Position numbers and translations under genes: made by a program. From a candidate division WOR-3 bacterium (GTDB lineage: Bacteria; Hydrothermota; Hydrothermia; LBFQ01; DSFT01): a stretch of DNA of 29,621 bases. The notes beneath the pieces were generated by a model. The model worked only from the letters and a program-made list of their open reading frames with translations. It was not told where the DNA came from and did not search any database. Each line of letters begins with the position of its first letter. The first letter of the stretch is position 1. The stretch covers positions 1 to 29,621 of the forward strand of contig CBFGJN010000019.1 of assembly GCA_965649115.1 (NCBI GenBank), written 5' to 3'. Shown one piece after another: positions 17,465 through 26,568 of this stretch.

Positions 17465-18172
17465 ATGAAAGTTATAGCAGGAAACTGGAAAATGAATTTA
17501 ATACTAAGTGAGGCAATAGATTTAGCTATATCTATTAAAACTTCCAATAGAAATGAAATTATTTTATTTCCTCCAAGTATTTACGCATTAAAAATTAAGG
17601 AATTATTGAGTGATAAAAATATAAAAGTTGGTGTTCAGAATGTATTTTATGAGGAATTTGGTGCTTTTACAGGAGAAATATCTGCTCCTATGGTAAAAAG
17701 TTGTAATTTAGATTATGTTTTAATTGGTCATAGCGAAAGAAGAAAATTTTTTTATGAAACAGATGAAATTATAAATAAGAAAATTAAAAAAGCTTTAAGC
17801 TTTAATTTAAATGTGATTTTATGTGTTGGTGAAACACTATCCGAAAGAGAAAGTAGAAAACATTTTGAAGTAGTTAAAAAGCAAGTTTTGAGTGCTATTG
17901 AAGGAATTGATAATTTTGAAAATTTAAAAATTGCATATGAACCTGTTTGGGCTATCGGAACGGGAATAAATGCAAAACCTGAAGATGCTAATGAGATGCA
18001 TCATTTTATAAAAGAAATTATAAATTTATATGTTTTATATGGGGGAAGTGTAAATGAAAATAATGCTTATAGCTTATTATCTCAAAATTACATTGATGGA
18101 CTTCTTATTGGAAATGCAAGTCTAAAAAAAGAATCATTTAACAAAATTATTGAAATTGCTGAGCTTTTTTAA
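17465..18172 (+). CDS. tpiA: Triosephosphate isomerase
   Basis: IAGNWKMN, GAFTGEIS, IGHSERR, IAYEPVWAIGTG, LYGGSV. Confidence 0.97.
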   Translation: MKVIAGNWKMNLILSEAIDLAISIKTSNRNEIILFPPSIYALKIKELLSDKNIKVGVQNVFYEEFGAFTGEISAPMVKSCNLDYVLIGHSERRKFFYETDEIINKKIKKALSFNLNVILCVGETLSERESRKHFEVVKKQVLSAIEGIDNFENLKIAYEPVWAIGTGINAKPEDANEMHHFIKEIINLYVLYGGSVNENNAYSLLSQNYIDGLLIGNASLKKESFNKIIEIAELF

Positions 18173-19298
18173 GGGCTTTATAAACATTAACCAATCCACA
18201 ACCTGTTTTTTCATCAAATCCTAGTAAATTAACATCTTCTGCTGTTGAGCATAAAATGTCTCTTACTTGATTAAAGTTTAAATTAGGATTTATTGATAAA
18301 ATCAAGCCAATTACACCTGATATGAAAGGTGTTGCCATTGAAGTTCCCGTCAAACAGGCATAACCTTTTAATACTTCATTCATTCCACAACTATTTGTAG
18401 CTTGTAAATTTGAATTAATTGTGGAAATTATCCACACACCAGGTGCCATAATATCAAGCTCTTTACCCCAAGAACTAAAACTTGCTTTTTGGCTCGTGGT
18501 ATCCCAAGCACCAACAGCTATAACACTATCATAAGCTGCGGGATAATTAACAAGTCCTCCATCGTTACCTGCAGCAGCAACAACAATTTTATTGTATTTA
18601 ATAGCAGTATCAATTGCTTCCTTAATAGTATTAGAACCAACTAGGCTACCAAGACTTAAATTTAAAACTTTAACATTTGGATTTTTTGAAGCCATAATAA
18701 TAGCACTTGAAACATCATAATCAGAGCAATTTCCAATAGTATCACAAGCTCTATAAGAATATAGTCTGAAATTACCAATACCAGCAATTCCAATAAAATT
18801 ATCCATGGTTGCTGAAATTATACCTGCAACATGTGTCCCGTGTATTTCTGTTGTTATATTCTTGTTGGGTAATGGGTCATTATCATTATCTATAAAGTCA
18901 TATCCTTTATTTAAAGGATCAAATTGTGCAATTAAATCAGGATGCTGATAATCAACGCCTTGGTCTATAATAGCAATTCCAATAGTTTGTGAACCTTTCG
19001 TAATATCCCAAGCTTTATCTAAATATGTTATATAAGCATTCCATTGATATTTTCTGAAAAGTGAATCATTCGGAATAAATGTTATTTTATAATTTACAGC
19101 ATTTTGAATGTAAAGAATGCTTGAATTCTTTTCAATTTTATTTATATCTTTTGTTTTTATTACAACTGCATTTAGACCATAAATTTCTTTCTTTACAATG
19201 TTTCTATGTTTTTTTACAAAAGTCTCTTTTGAAAAACTATCTTTAAATCTAACAATAAACTCATCTTCTATAATTTGATTTAAAATTAAGAACATCAT
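18147..19298 (-). CDS. S8 subtilisin/thermitase-like serine protease with propeptide
   Basis: Triad IAIIDQG / HGTHVAGII / GTSMATP, and AAAGND; 26-bp convergent overlap with tpiA. Confidence 0.93.
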   Translation of the reverse strand: MMFLILNQIIEDEFIVRFKDSFSKETFVKKHRNIVKKEIYGLNAVVIKTKDINKIEKNSSILYIQNAVNYKITFIPNDSLFRKYQWNAYITYLDKAWDITKGSQTIGIAIIDQGVDYQHPDLIAQFDPLNKGYDFIDNDNDPLPNKNITTEIHGTHVAGIISATMDNFIGIAGIGNFRLYSYRACDTIGNCSDYDVSSAIIMASKNPNVKVLNLSLGSLVGSNTIKEAIDTAIKYNKIVVAAAGNDGGLVNYPAAYDSVIAVGAWDTTSQKASFSSWGKELDIMAPGVWIISTINSNLQATNSCGMNEVLKGYACLTGTSMATPFISGVIGLILSINPNLNFNQVRDILCSTAEDVNLLGFDEKTGCGLVNVYKALKKAQQFQ

Positions 19299-19675
19299 AT
19301 CTTTTTAGTCCTTATAAAAACTTTTTGTTTTGTGCTTGAATTTAAAATTACTGCATAGTACTTTCCTGATTTTACAATAGGTTGCTTTAAATCTATTTCT
19401 CTAAGGTTATCATAACTTACAATAAATTGAGCATTTTCATTATTTTTCCACTTATTAAAATTATCTTCATCAGCAATAAAAAATTTTTGTATATTAGTTT
19501 CAGTAGCATAAAATCCAAAATCGATTGTATCTCCTTCATTTAAATATCCACCATTTGAAAAATAACTATTTGGATTTAATGTAATAGCACCAAAAAATTT
19601 ATTATATTCTTCACTTGGGGCTCCAATTTTTTGACAACTTATTAAAACAAAAAGAAGGAAAATAAATAATATCAA
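19295..19675 (-). CDS. Small lipoprotein of unknown function
   Basis: Hydrophobic N-terminus + LISC; stop overlaps the protease ATG (ATGA). Confidence 0.7.
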   Translation of the reverse strand: MILFIFLLFVLISCQKIGAPSEEYNKFFGAITLNPNSYFSNGGYLNEGDTIDFGFYATETNIQKFFIADEDNFNKWKNNENAQFIVSYDNLREIDLKQPIVKSGKYYAVILNSSTKQKVFIRTKKI

Positions 19676-19703
19676 TTTTTAAAATTTTAAAGCATAGATT
19701 ATT

Positions 19704-19816
19704 ATAATGATGTTAAGAGAGGTTTTAATGGGGGACGAATTTATAAGCCTAAGGCCTATTTTTAGGGTGGGGGAAATATAGTAAAATAAATAATTTCAGA
19801 ATTCCTAGACACAGCA
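19704..19816 (+). mobile_element. MITE-like copy, left end decayed
   Basis: AGCCTAAGGC hairpin, TAGGGTGGGGG, CAGAATTCCTAGACACAGCA ending at 19816. Confidence 0.8.
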
Positions 19817-19851
19817 AAATAATTTTCTAATAATCCTATAAAATTTTATGC

Positions 19852-22104
19852 TTGTTAATAATTCTTTTGTCTGAGATTGTAGGAAAAGTAGAAGTTTCTG
19901 GTTTGAAATATAATACAAAAATTAATTTTTTGAGTGCTATTAATTTAAGGGAAGGTTCTTTTGTCCAAATGCCATTTTTTAGGAATTATTTATTTAATGC
20001 TTATTTAAGTGGCTTTTTAGACACATTTGAAGTTTACGGTAAATTTAGAAATGACACAATTGATTTATTATTTAAAGTTTCTGATTATCCAATTATAAAT
20101 GGATTTAAATGGGAAATTAAAAAACCTTCAAAAGATATTGAAGATTCAATAGCTATATACAAGGGCAGATTTTCAAGTGATTATATGAAATTTAAGATAA
20201 AATCAGAAATTGAAAAATTTTTTATTCAAAAAGGTTATGTTAATCCTAATATCCAAATTAAAGAACAATTTTTAGATAACAAACGAGTTAATTTAATAAT
20301 TAGTGGAAAGGTTGGTGATAAATTTAGAATTTCAAAAATAATTTTTTACGGAAATAAGACATTTTCAAGTAAGTTGCTTAAAAATCTAATGTCAAATAAG
20401 GAAATTAATTTTTTTAGAAAAATTTTAAGAGGTGGCTATTTTTCAGAAATTAAATTTCAAAAGGATTTAAAAACAATTGAAACATTATATAAAGATAATG
20501 GTTTTGCTGATTTTAAAATTGATTCGTTTAAACTTGATTATGAAGGAAATATGGTAAAAATAAAAATTTATTTAAATGAAGGCAAAAGGTACTATTTTGG
20601 AAATGTTAATTTTATTGGTAATGAAAAGTTTAGCAATAGCATGCTTGAAAATGTTATAACAATTAAAAAACCATTAAATTTAATTTCATCAGTGAAATAT
20701 AAACTTGGTTATGGAGTTAATTATGATCCGAAATTATATTCAAGATTTAAAGTTATTGAAAGTTTAAACAATTTAAGTGGTCTTTATGCAGATAGTGGTT
20801 ATATATATTCTCAAATTGAGCCTATCGAAGAAAAGAGAGATAGCTTTATTGATATTACATTTAAAATTAAGGAAAATTGGAAAGTTAAAGTAAGGCTCAT
20901 TAATATCTATGGTAATACAAAAACTTGGGATGAGATTATAAGAAGAGAAATATATGTTTTCCCTGGAGATTATTTTAATAGAAGTGCATTAATGTTATCT
21001 TATAGAAATCTTTACTATTTAAATTATTTTTCAAACATTAATGTTAATTTTAAGCCTGTTATTGAAGATTCTTCACTTGTAGATTTAGAAATTCATGTTG
21101 AGGAAAAACCAACAGGTCAAATTGGTGCAGGGGCAAGTTATAGTCAATTAGATGGATTATTTTTTAATGTCAATTTACAACAGCCTAATTTTCTTGGAAG
21201 AGGATGGACAGTTAGCTTTTTAGCTGAATATGGAGCTAGAAGACAAAATTATCAAATATCATTTACTGAACCTTGGTTTGGAGGAAAGCCAATTTTAGTG
21301 GGAATAAATATATATAGTCTCAATAGATATTTATTTACATTTAGTCAAAGAAATACAGGAATTTCTTTAAGTTATGGGAGAAGGTTATGGAATATCTTTT
21401 CAAGAATTAAATTTGATTACACATTTGAATATATTACAGTTTATGATATTAGTCCCTTATATTCAGGAACACAATTTTATGATTTCTGGACAAGTAGAAA
21501 TCGTGTTCTTTCAAGTTCATTAACAACAACATTTAGTTATGATATAAGAGATAGAATTTTTAATCCTTCAAAAGGTTATTTATTTAGTTTTCCTTGGACA
21601 TTAAATGGTGGTCCTATTGGTGGTGATTTACATTTTATAAAGTTTATTCCTGAATTTCAAGTTATTATTCCAAATTATAAGGATAAACTTGTATCATTTT
21701 TTAGGATAAATTGGGGTTCAATACTTTCAATACTTTCAAAGCAAGAATTACCTCCTTATGAATATTTTGCTCTTGGCGATGTAGGACCGCTTGGACTTAG
21801 AGGGTACGATTTTAGGTCTATTGGAACAAAAGTTGGAAATAGTGTTCTTGGTGGAAGGCACTTTTTTAGATTTACTTTTGAGGAAAGAATAAGACCTACT
21901 GACCAGTTTTATATATCATTATTCTATGAAACGGGTAATAGTTGGTGGGCCATAAAAACAATTGATTTCAATAATTTATATTCTTCTATTGGAGTTGGTT
22001 TTAGGGTTGAAGTTCCTATTGTTGGAATTATGGGTTTTGACTTTGCTTATAGTTTAAATTATAAACAATTTAAAACACACTTTAATTTAGGACCTTATTA
22101 CTAA
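19852..22104 (+). CDS. bamA: Outer membrane protein assembly factor BamA
   Basis: POTRA repeats (GNTKT.DEIIRRE), EEKPTG, NFLGRG, FTEPW, LRGYD, IGVGFR...IVG. Confidence 0.93.
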   Translation: MLIILLSEIVGKVEVSGLKYNTKINFLSAINLREGSFVQMPFFRNYLFNAYLSGFLDTFEVYGKFRNDTIDLLFKVSDYPIINGFKWEIKKPSKDIEDSIAIYKGRFSSDYMKFKIKSEIEKFFIQKGYVNPNIQIKEQFLDNKRVNLIISGKVGDKFRISKIIFYGNKTFSSKLLKNLMSNKEINFFRKILRGGYFSEIKFQKDLKTIETLYKDNGFADFKIDSFKLDYEGNMVKIKIYLNEGKRYYFGNVNFIGNEKFSNSMLENVITIKKPLNLISSVKYKLGYGVNYDPKLYSRFKVIESLNNLSGLYADSGYIYSQIEPIEEKRDSFIDITFKIKENWKVKVRLINIYGNTKTWDEIIRREIYVFPGDYFNRSALMLSYRNLYYLNYFSNINVNFKPVIEDSSLVDLEIHVEEKPTGQIGAGASYSQLDGLFFNVNLQQPNFLGRGWTVSFLAEYGARRQNYQISFTEPWFGGKPILVGINIYSLNRYLFTFSQRNTGISLSYGRRLWNIFSRIKFDYTFEYITVYDISPLYSGTQFYDFWTSRNRVLSSSLTTTFSYDIRDRIFNPSKGYLFSFPWTLNGGPIGGDLHFIKFIPEFQVIIPNYKDKLVSFFRINWGSILSILSKQELPPYEYFALGDVGPLGLRGYDFRSIGTKVGNSVLGGRHFFRFTFEERIRPTDQFYISLFYETGNSWWAIKTIDFNNLYSSIGVGFRVEVPIVGIMGFDFAYSLNYKQFKTHFNLGPYY

Positions 22105-22105
22105 T

Positions 22106-23587
22106 ATGATTATAGCAATTGATGGACCAGCAGGTTCAGGAAAGAGTGTTATTGCTAAAAAATTAAGTTCAATTTTAAATTTGAAATATGTTGAAACTGG
22201 TGCTTTATATAGGGCAATAGCATATTATATTTTAAAAAATAATATCCAAAACTATGAAAATTTCTCATTCTTGAAAGATTTGAAAATTGATCAAAAATTT
22301 ATAAATGGAAATGCAAGAACATTTTTAAATAATGAAGATATTACGGATTTAATAAGAAATGAAGAGGTTGGTAATTTAGCTTCAATTATATCAAAATATA
22401 AGGAAGTTAGAAGTTTTTTGATTGATTTACAAAGAAAATTAGCAAAAGATGGAGCTATTGTTGAAGGTAGAGATATTGGAACGGTGGTTTTTCCTTATGC
22501 TGATTATAAATTTTTTATAACTGCAAGTATTGAAGAGAGAGCAAAAAGAAGATATGAGCAATTGAAAGATAGTGGTGCTTCTTATGAGGAAGTCTTAGAA
22601 AATATAAAATTAAGGGATAAATTTGATATTGAGAGAGAAATTTCTCCTCTTAAAATATCAAGGGAAGCTTTTGTTATTGATACTACTGATTTAAGTGAAG
22701 ATGAAGTTATTAGTAAAATTTTGGAAATTATTAATAAGAAATTGAAAATTGGAACAATTATTTCAAGAGAGGGTCAAAAATTGGTAGTGTTTTCAAATAA
22801 TAAAGTTTTTAGAGCATTCCCAAGAGGTAAAGTTATTAAAAAATATCAAAAAATATATGTTGGAGATATTGTTATTGGAAAGCTTGAAAATGAAATTTTT
22901 ATAATTGAAGATATTAAAGAAAGAAGAAATGTTATTTTAAGACCACCCATTGCAAATGTTTCAAAAGTTATATTATTATTTACAATTGTTGAGCCTGAAT
23001 TTTCTTCTATTCAACTTGATAAATTATTATGTGCTTATGAGTCTCTTGGCATTGATATTATTATTGCTTTCAATAAAATTGAGATTACTCCAAAGGAAGA
23101 ATTAGAAAAAATAGAAAATATATATAAATCTTGTGGATATGATGTTATTGGAATTAGTGTTAAGCAAAGGATTAATTTTGATAAGTTGTTAAGTAAAATT
23201 AAGGGAGATTTGGTTGTTCTTGCAGGTCCAAGTGGTGTTGGTAAAAGTTCATTAATAAAAGAATTAACAGGTATGGATATAAGAATTGGTGAATTGAGTA
23301 TTAAAACGAAGAGAGGAACTCAAACAACGACCGAAGTTAAATTATATGCTATTGATAATGAAACATTTATTGCAGATACACCTGGATTTTCAAAAATTGA
23401 TTTAAAATTAATTATGAAAAAGGAAGATGTTAGGAATTATTTTAGAGAATTTAGAAATTATAAATGTGCATTTAGTAATTGCTTACATGTTAAGGAGGAA
23501 GGTTGTTCTGTTAAATTAGCGCTTTCAAATGGTGAAATAAGTAAAGAAAGGTATGATAATTATTTAAAAATTTTAAGTGAGTTTTAA
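22106..23587 (+). CDS. cmk-rsgA: Fusion of cytidylate kinase (Cmk) and ribosome small-subunit GTPase RsgA
   Basis: IAIDGPAGSGKS and EGRDIGTVVFP, then RPPIANV, NKIE, GPSGVGKSS, GTQTTT, DTPGF, CAFSNCLHVKEEGC in one ORF. Confidence 0.9.
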   Translation: MIIAIDGPAGSGKSVIAKKLSSILNLKYVETGALYRAIAYYILKNNIQNYENFSFLKDLKIDQKFINGNARTFLNNEDITDLIRNEEVGNLASIISKYKEVRSFLIDLQRKLAKDGAIVEGRDIGTVVFPYADYKFFITASIEERAKRRYEQLKDSGASYEEVLENIKLRDKFDIEREISPLKISREAFVIDTTDLSEDEVISKILEIINKKLKIGTIISREGQKLVVFSNNKVFRAFPRGKVIKKYQKIYVGDIVIGKLENEIFIIEDIKERRNVILRPPIANVSKVILLFTIVEPEFSSIQLDKLLCAYESLGIDIIIAFNKIEITPKEELEKIENIYKSCGYDVIGISVKQRINFDKLLSKIKGDLVVLAGPSGVGKSSLIKELTGMDIRIGELSIKTKRGTQTTTEVKLYAIDNETFIADTPGFSKIDLKLIMKKEDVRNYFREFRNYKCAFSNCLHVKEEGCSVKLALSNGEISKERYDNYLKILSEF

Positions 23588-25641
23588 TTTATTTTTCTGC
23601 TGTGTCCAATTGGGGATCTAATGGGAGCGTAGTTTTTAAGTTGATTAGACGGAATATATAGCAAACTCAAAAATTCAATCAAGTCCTTTTCTTCGCTATA
23701 CTTAATATAATCTCCTGGGTTTTTACCTTTCACAGAAGTTTTAACTGTTTGAAACTTTAAGGCGGTTCTCTGCAAAATTTTCAAAAGTCCATCTTGAACA
23801 TTGAAAATTTCTTCCAGTCGTTCTATGTCTTCGGGTAATGGAATAGAACCACCAAAATCTTTTCTAAACCAATGCCCGACAGTATGATGATACTCCATCG
23901 GGAATTTGCTTATTACTTCCTGAATGCTCATTCCTTTTGATTTTCTAAGCAATGTTAAATACTGTGCGACAACAGGCTGGTCTATCCTGTAAAGGCGTAT
24001 CTTTGTAAAATACTCCCCAAGCATAATTTTCCTTGCCCCAGGAGAAGCTCCCCAGTTTATCCTTTTCAATTCAGAAAATTTACTATTTGTTCGGGCTTTT
24101 TTGATTTTAAATTCTCTGTCATTTGTAACTTTCCCGACAAAACAACTGTTATTTTCTAAACTTTCAAAAGCAAATAAAACTTCATCGGGTTCTTCTACAA
24201 TTGGAATTGTATCTAAACTTATCCATAATTTTTGTCCGCAAGATAAACAATAATTATCTCCAATAGGGTCATAAGGTTCTGTTAGTTCAAACTTGCATTT
24301 TGGACAAAGGAATTTTAATCCTTCCATCAAAATTTCATCATTTCTTGGATGAATAACAAACTCAAAAGTTGCCACTTTATCCCATTGCACAACTACAATT
24401 TTTGGAAAACCATCATTATATCTTTTTAGAACTTCTACTATGTGTCCTTCTATTGGTTTTTTCCCTGTTATATCTTTTACTGTTTTGCCAACAAACTCTT
24501 CATCCTCCCATTTTCTTTTTTCTTCCATTTTTGGCTGAACCCTTACTCTGTCCAGATAGAATTTATATGCCACTCTTGTGCTGTCTTTTGCGAACATAAA
24601 AACTGGATACCAAATTTTGCTATCAGCAATAACAAGCATATTTCTTAAAACATAGCCATATTGGTAGATTGTGTGTGAGTAATAAAGTGAATTTAAATCC
24701 CATTTTTTAACGCCGAAAAAGTAAAGGGCATCTTCTCTATGAAAATTTTTAAATTCATCTGTTGTAATTCCTTTTAATGCAGATAAGAAATCATCTGAAT
24801 TTTGGGCGATATAAACCTCACCATTTCTATCTCTCAATATAGGATTAGGTGTTATATTTTCGGGTAGATTATCCTCCACAACAGGTTCATATTCATAATT
24901 AACTTCTCCAACTTCAATAACTTTTTCTATCTTTGTCCTTGATTTTATTATTTCTACGAATTCCTTTCCTTTTTCTATTAAAACCGAATAAATTTCTTTT
25001 CCAAAGATATTATTTCTCAGTTTATTTACAACCACAGCGGTAGTTCCAGTTCCAGCAAAAGGGTCAAGAATTAAATCACCGTCTTTCAATTCCACACGCC
25101 TTAATAATTCTTCCACTAAATTTTCGGGATATATTGCAGTGTGCTTGTATGGTGTTTGTTGTAAAGGAATTTCAATTACCTTTGGTTGATTATCCCCGCA
25201 ATAGATACTATTTTCGCTTTTCGTTAATACTAAAATCGGCTCATAAGTATTGGCAAATCTATCTTTAACTGATGAAGGCAAATGATTGGGCTTATACCAT
25301 ATAATTATATCTTTCAAGTGCCAACCATTTTTTACAAGGTGATATGCTAATCTATAAGGAATTTGTAAAAGATGGGATTTTCCATATTTGTTTAGATATT
25401 TATCTCCGATGTTAAGAAAGAAAACGCCCGAGGAGTTTAATTTTTGGTAAAGTTTGTTAAATATCTTTACAAGCTTGCCGATATATTCCTCGGGCGATTT
25501 TTCCTGTCCAATTTGTCCTTCAAAGCCGTAATCTCTTTGTCTCCAATACGGTGGCGAAGTTACAACAACCGAAATAGAATTATCTTCAAGATAGTTAAGA
25601 CCTGCATAAACATCTCCGAAAAGCAAAATATCGTGTTTCAT
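23584..25641 (-). CDS. Large beta-class N4-cytosine (or N6-adenine) DNA methyltransferase, 685 aa
   Basis: TSPPY precedes DPFAGTGTT; C-terminal extension with CPKC..CLSC, an HTH-like segment and GKNPGD; ATG 25641 lies 4 nt after the endonuclease stop. Confidence 0.88.
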   Translation of the reverse strand: MKHDILLFGDVYAGLNYLEDNSISVVVTSPPYWRQRDYGFEGQIGQEKSPEEYIGKLVKIFNKLYQKLNSSGVFFLNIGDKYLNKYGKSHLLQIPYRLAYHLVKNGWHLKDIIIWYKPNHLPSSVKDRFANTYEPILVLTKSENSIYCGDNQPKVIEIPLQQTPYKHTAIYPENLVEELLRRVELKDGDLILDPFAGTGTTAVVVNKLRNNIFGKEIYSVLIEKGKEFVEIIKSRTKIEKVIEVGEVNYEYEPVVEDNLPENITPNPILRDRNGEVYIAQNSDDFLSALKGITTDEFKNFHREDALYFFGVKKWDLNSLYYSHTIYQYGYVLRNMLVIADSKIWYPVFMFAKDSTRVAYKFYLDRVRVQPKMEEKRKWEDEEFVGKTVKDITGKKPIEGHIVEVLKRYNDGFPKIVVVQWDKVATFEFVIHPRNDEILMEGLKFLCPKCKFELTEPYDPIGDNYCLSCGQKLWISLDTIPIVEEPDEVLFAFESLENNSCFVGKVTNDREFKIKKARTNSKFSELKRINWGASPGARKIMLGEYFTKIRLYRIDQPVVAQYLTLLRKSKGMSIQEVISKFPMEYHHTVGHWFRKDFGGSIPLPEDIERLEEIFNVQDGLLKILQRTALKFQTVKTSVKGKNPGDYIKYSEEKDLIEFLSLLYIPSNQLKNYAPIRSPIGHSRKIN
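23598..23632 (+). repeat. Internally deleted MITE end inside the MTase 3' end
   Basis: TGCTGTGTCCAAT then TGGGGATCTAATGGGAGC, matching TGGGGGGTCTAATGGGGGGC of the copy at 1-116. Confidence 0.7.
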
Positions 25642-25645
25642 ACTT

Positions 25646-26362
25646 CTACCCATACAGGTATCTTGTATTCTTTTTCTGATATTCCAACCAGCTCTTTTTG
25701 TGAATAATTTTTGAAAGCAAAAGAAATCTTGGTTCTTCTTTGAAAGCATACCTTATACTGTTCTTAGTTTTGCCAGCATTAAGTATTTTATCCCCATATA
25801 TGTTATACAATTCTCCGTTGGGCATACAAATTAAAAGGATGCTATATATGGTTTGAGACGCATGCTTATGTAAGACATAAATAAAATATGTAAGAGTCGG
25901 CTTTAGATACCTGGCACTACCTTTCTTGAAAGTTTTAGAATAAAATGTTGGTAAATTTGGAGATAAACCATATTTTGAGAGAGGATATGAGGTTTGATTT
26001 GGTTGAATAGCTATCTTCCCTTTATAATCTCCCCAATTGGATTCAGAAACAGTTTTAACATCTATGTGTATGAATGCATCAAAAGATTCGTACATCATAT
26101 CTGAACCAATGGGAGAGGAGTTTGGGTTTTTCATGCCTTTTGAAAAAATGTAATGAAATATTCTTTCTGCTCCAGTCTCCAAATCTGATGCAAGATTGCT
26201 TTTGGTTGAAATAAACTGCTGATACCAGTCATTTTTTATTTCCAGCCTGGAATTCAAACCTTCTATTATTTCTTGGAGGTTATCTAAAAAATAATATCTT
26301 ATCCTTTCAAAATGTACAAATTCCAGGTTTTCTATTTCTTTATTTGTTAATTTTCTTATCAT
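25646..26362 (-). CDS. Type II restriction endonuclease, BglI/SfiI/MwoI-like PD-(D/E)xK
   Basis: ETGAE, PIGSD, IDVKTV, PNQTS, LPT.Y, PNG and GK in the order recalled for BglI; adjacent to the MTase. Confidence 0.7.
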   Translation of the reverse strand: MIRKLTNKEIENLEFVHFERIRYYFLDNLQEIIEGLNSRLEIKNDWYQQFISTKSNLASDLETGAERIFHYIFSKGMKNPNSSPIGSDMMYESFDAFIHIDVKTVSESNWGDYKGKIAIQPNQTSYPLSKYGLSPNLPTFYSKTFKKGSARYLKPTLTYFIYVLHKHASQTIYSILLICMPNGELYNIYGDKILNAGKTKNSIRYAFKEEPRFLLLSKIIHKKSWLEYQKKNTRYLYG

Positions 26363-26399
26363 TTACAAAATTTTAAAGTTCAATAACACTATTTTCATT

Positions 26400-26445
26400 T
26401 GCTATGGAAGGTGTAGCCCCCTAACAATAATTACTGGACAAAGCA
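26400..26445 (-). repeat. Internally deleted MITE left end, reverse orientation
   Basis: Reverse complement reads TGCTTTGTCCAGTAATTATTGTTAGGGGGCTACACCTTCCATAGCA. Confidence 0.8.
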
Positions 26446-26450
26446 ATACT

Positions 26451-26525
26451 TATGATTATTTCTTATTTTTCCGCACAACCTAAAAATAAATCTTCGCTTT
26501 ATAAATCCCCCACCTTTTTCGGCAG
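26451..26525 (-). repeat. Decayed MITE right-half fragment, reverse orientation
   Basis: TATGATTATTTC..TTTTCCGCACAACC..CTTCGCTTTATAAAT..TTTTTCGG aligns with the reverse complement of 1793-1865. Confidence 0.7.
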
Positions 26526-26568
26526 AGGCGATAGTTTCTTTAATAAACCCTCTATAAAATTAAAATAC

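Noticed and set aside
3781..25707. Short antisense ORFs (3781, 6824, 8887, 9249, 13614, 14088, 16834, 24369, 24442, 25444)
   Set aside because: Shadow frames of well-supported genes, with no recognisable motifs.
25642..25749. 36-aa N-terminal extension of the MTase
   Set aside because: It overlaps the endonuclease 3' end; MTase-like sequence begins at ATG 25641.
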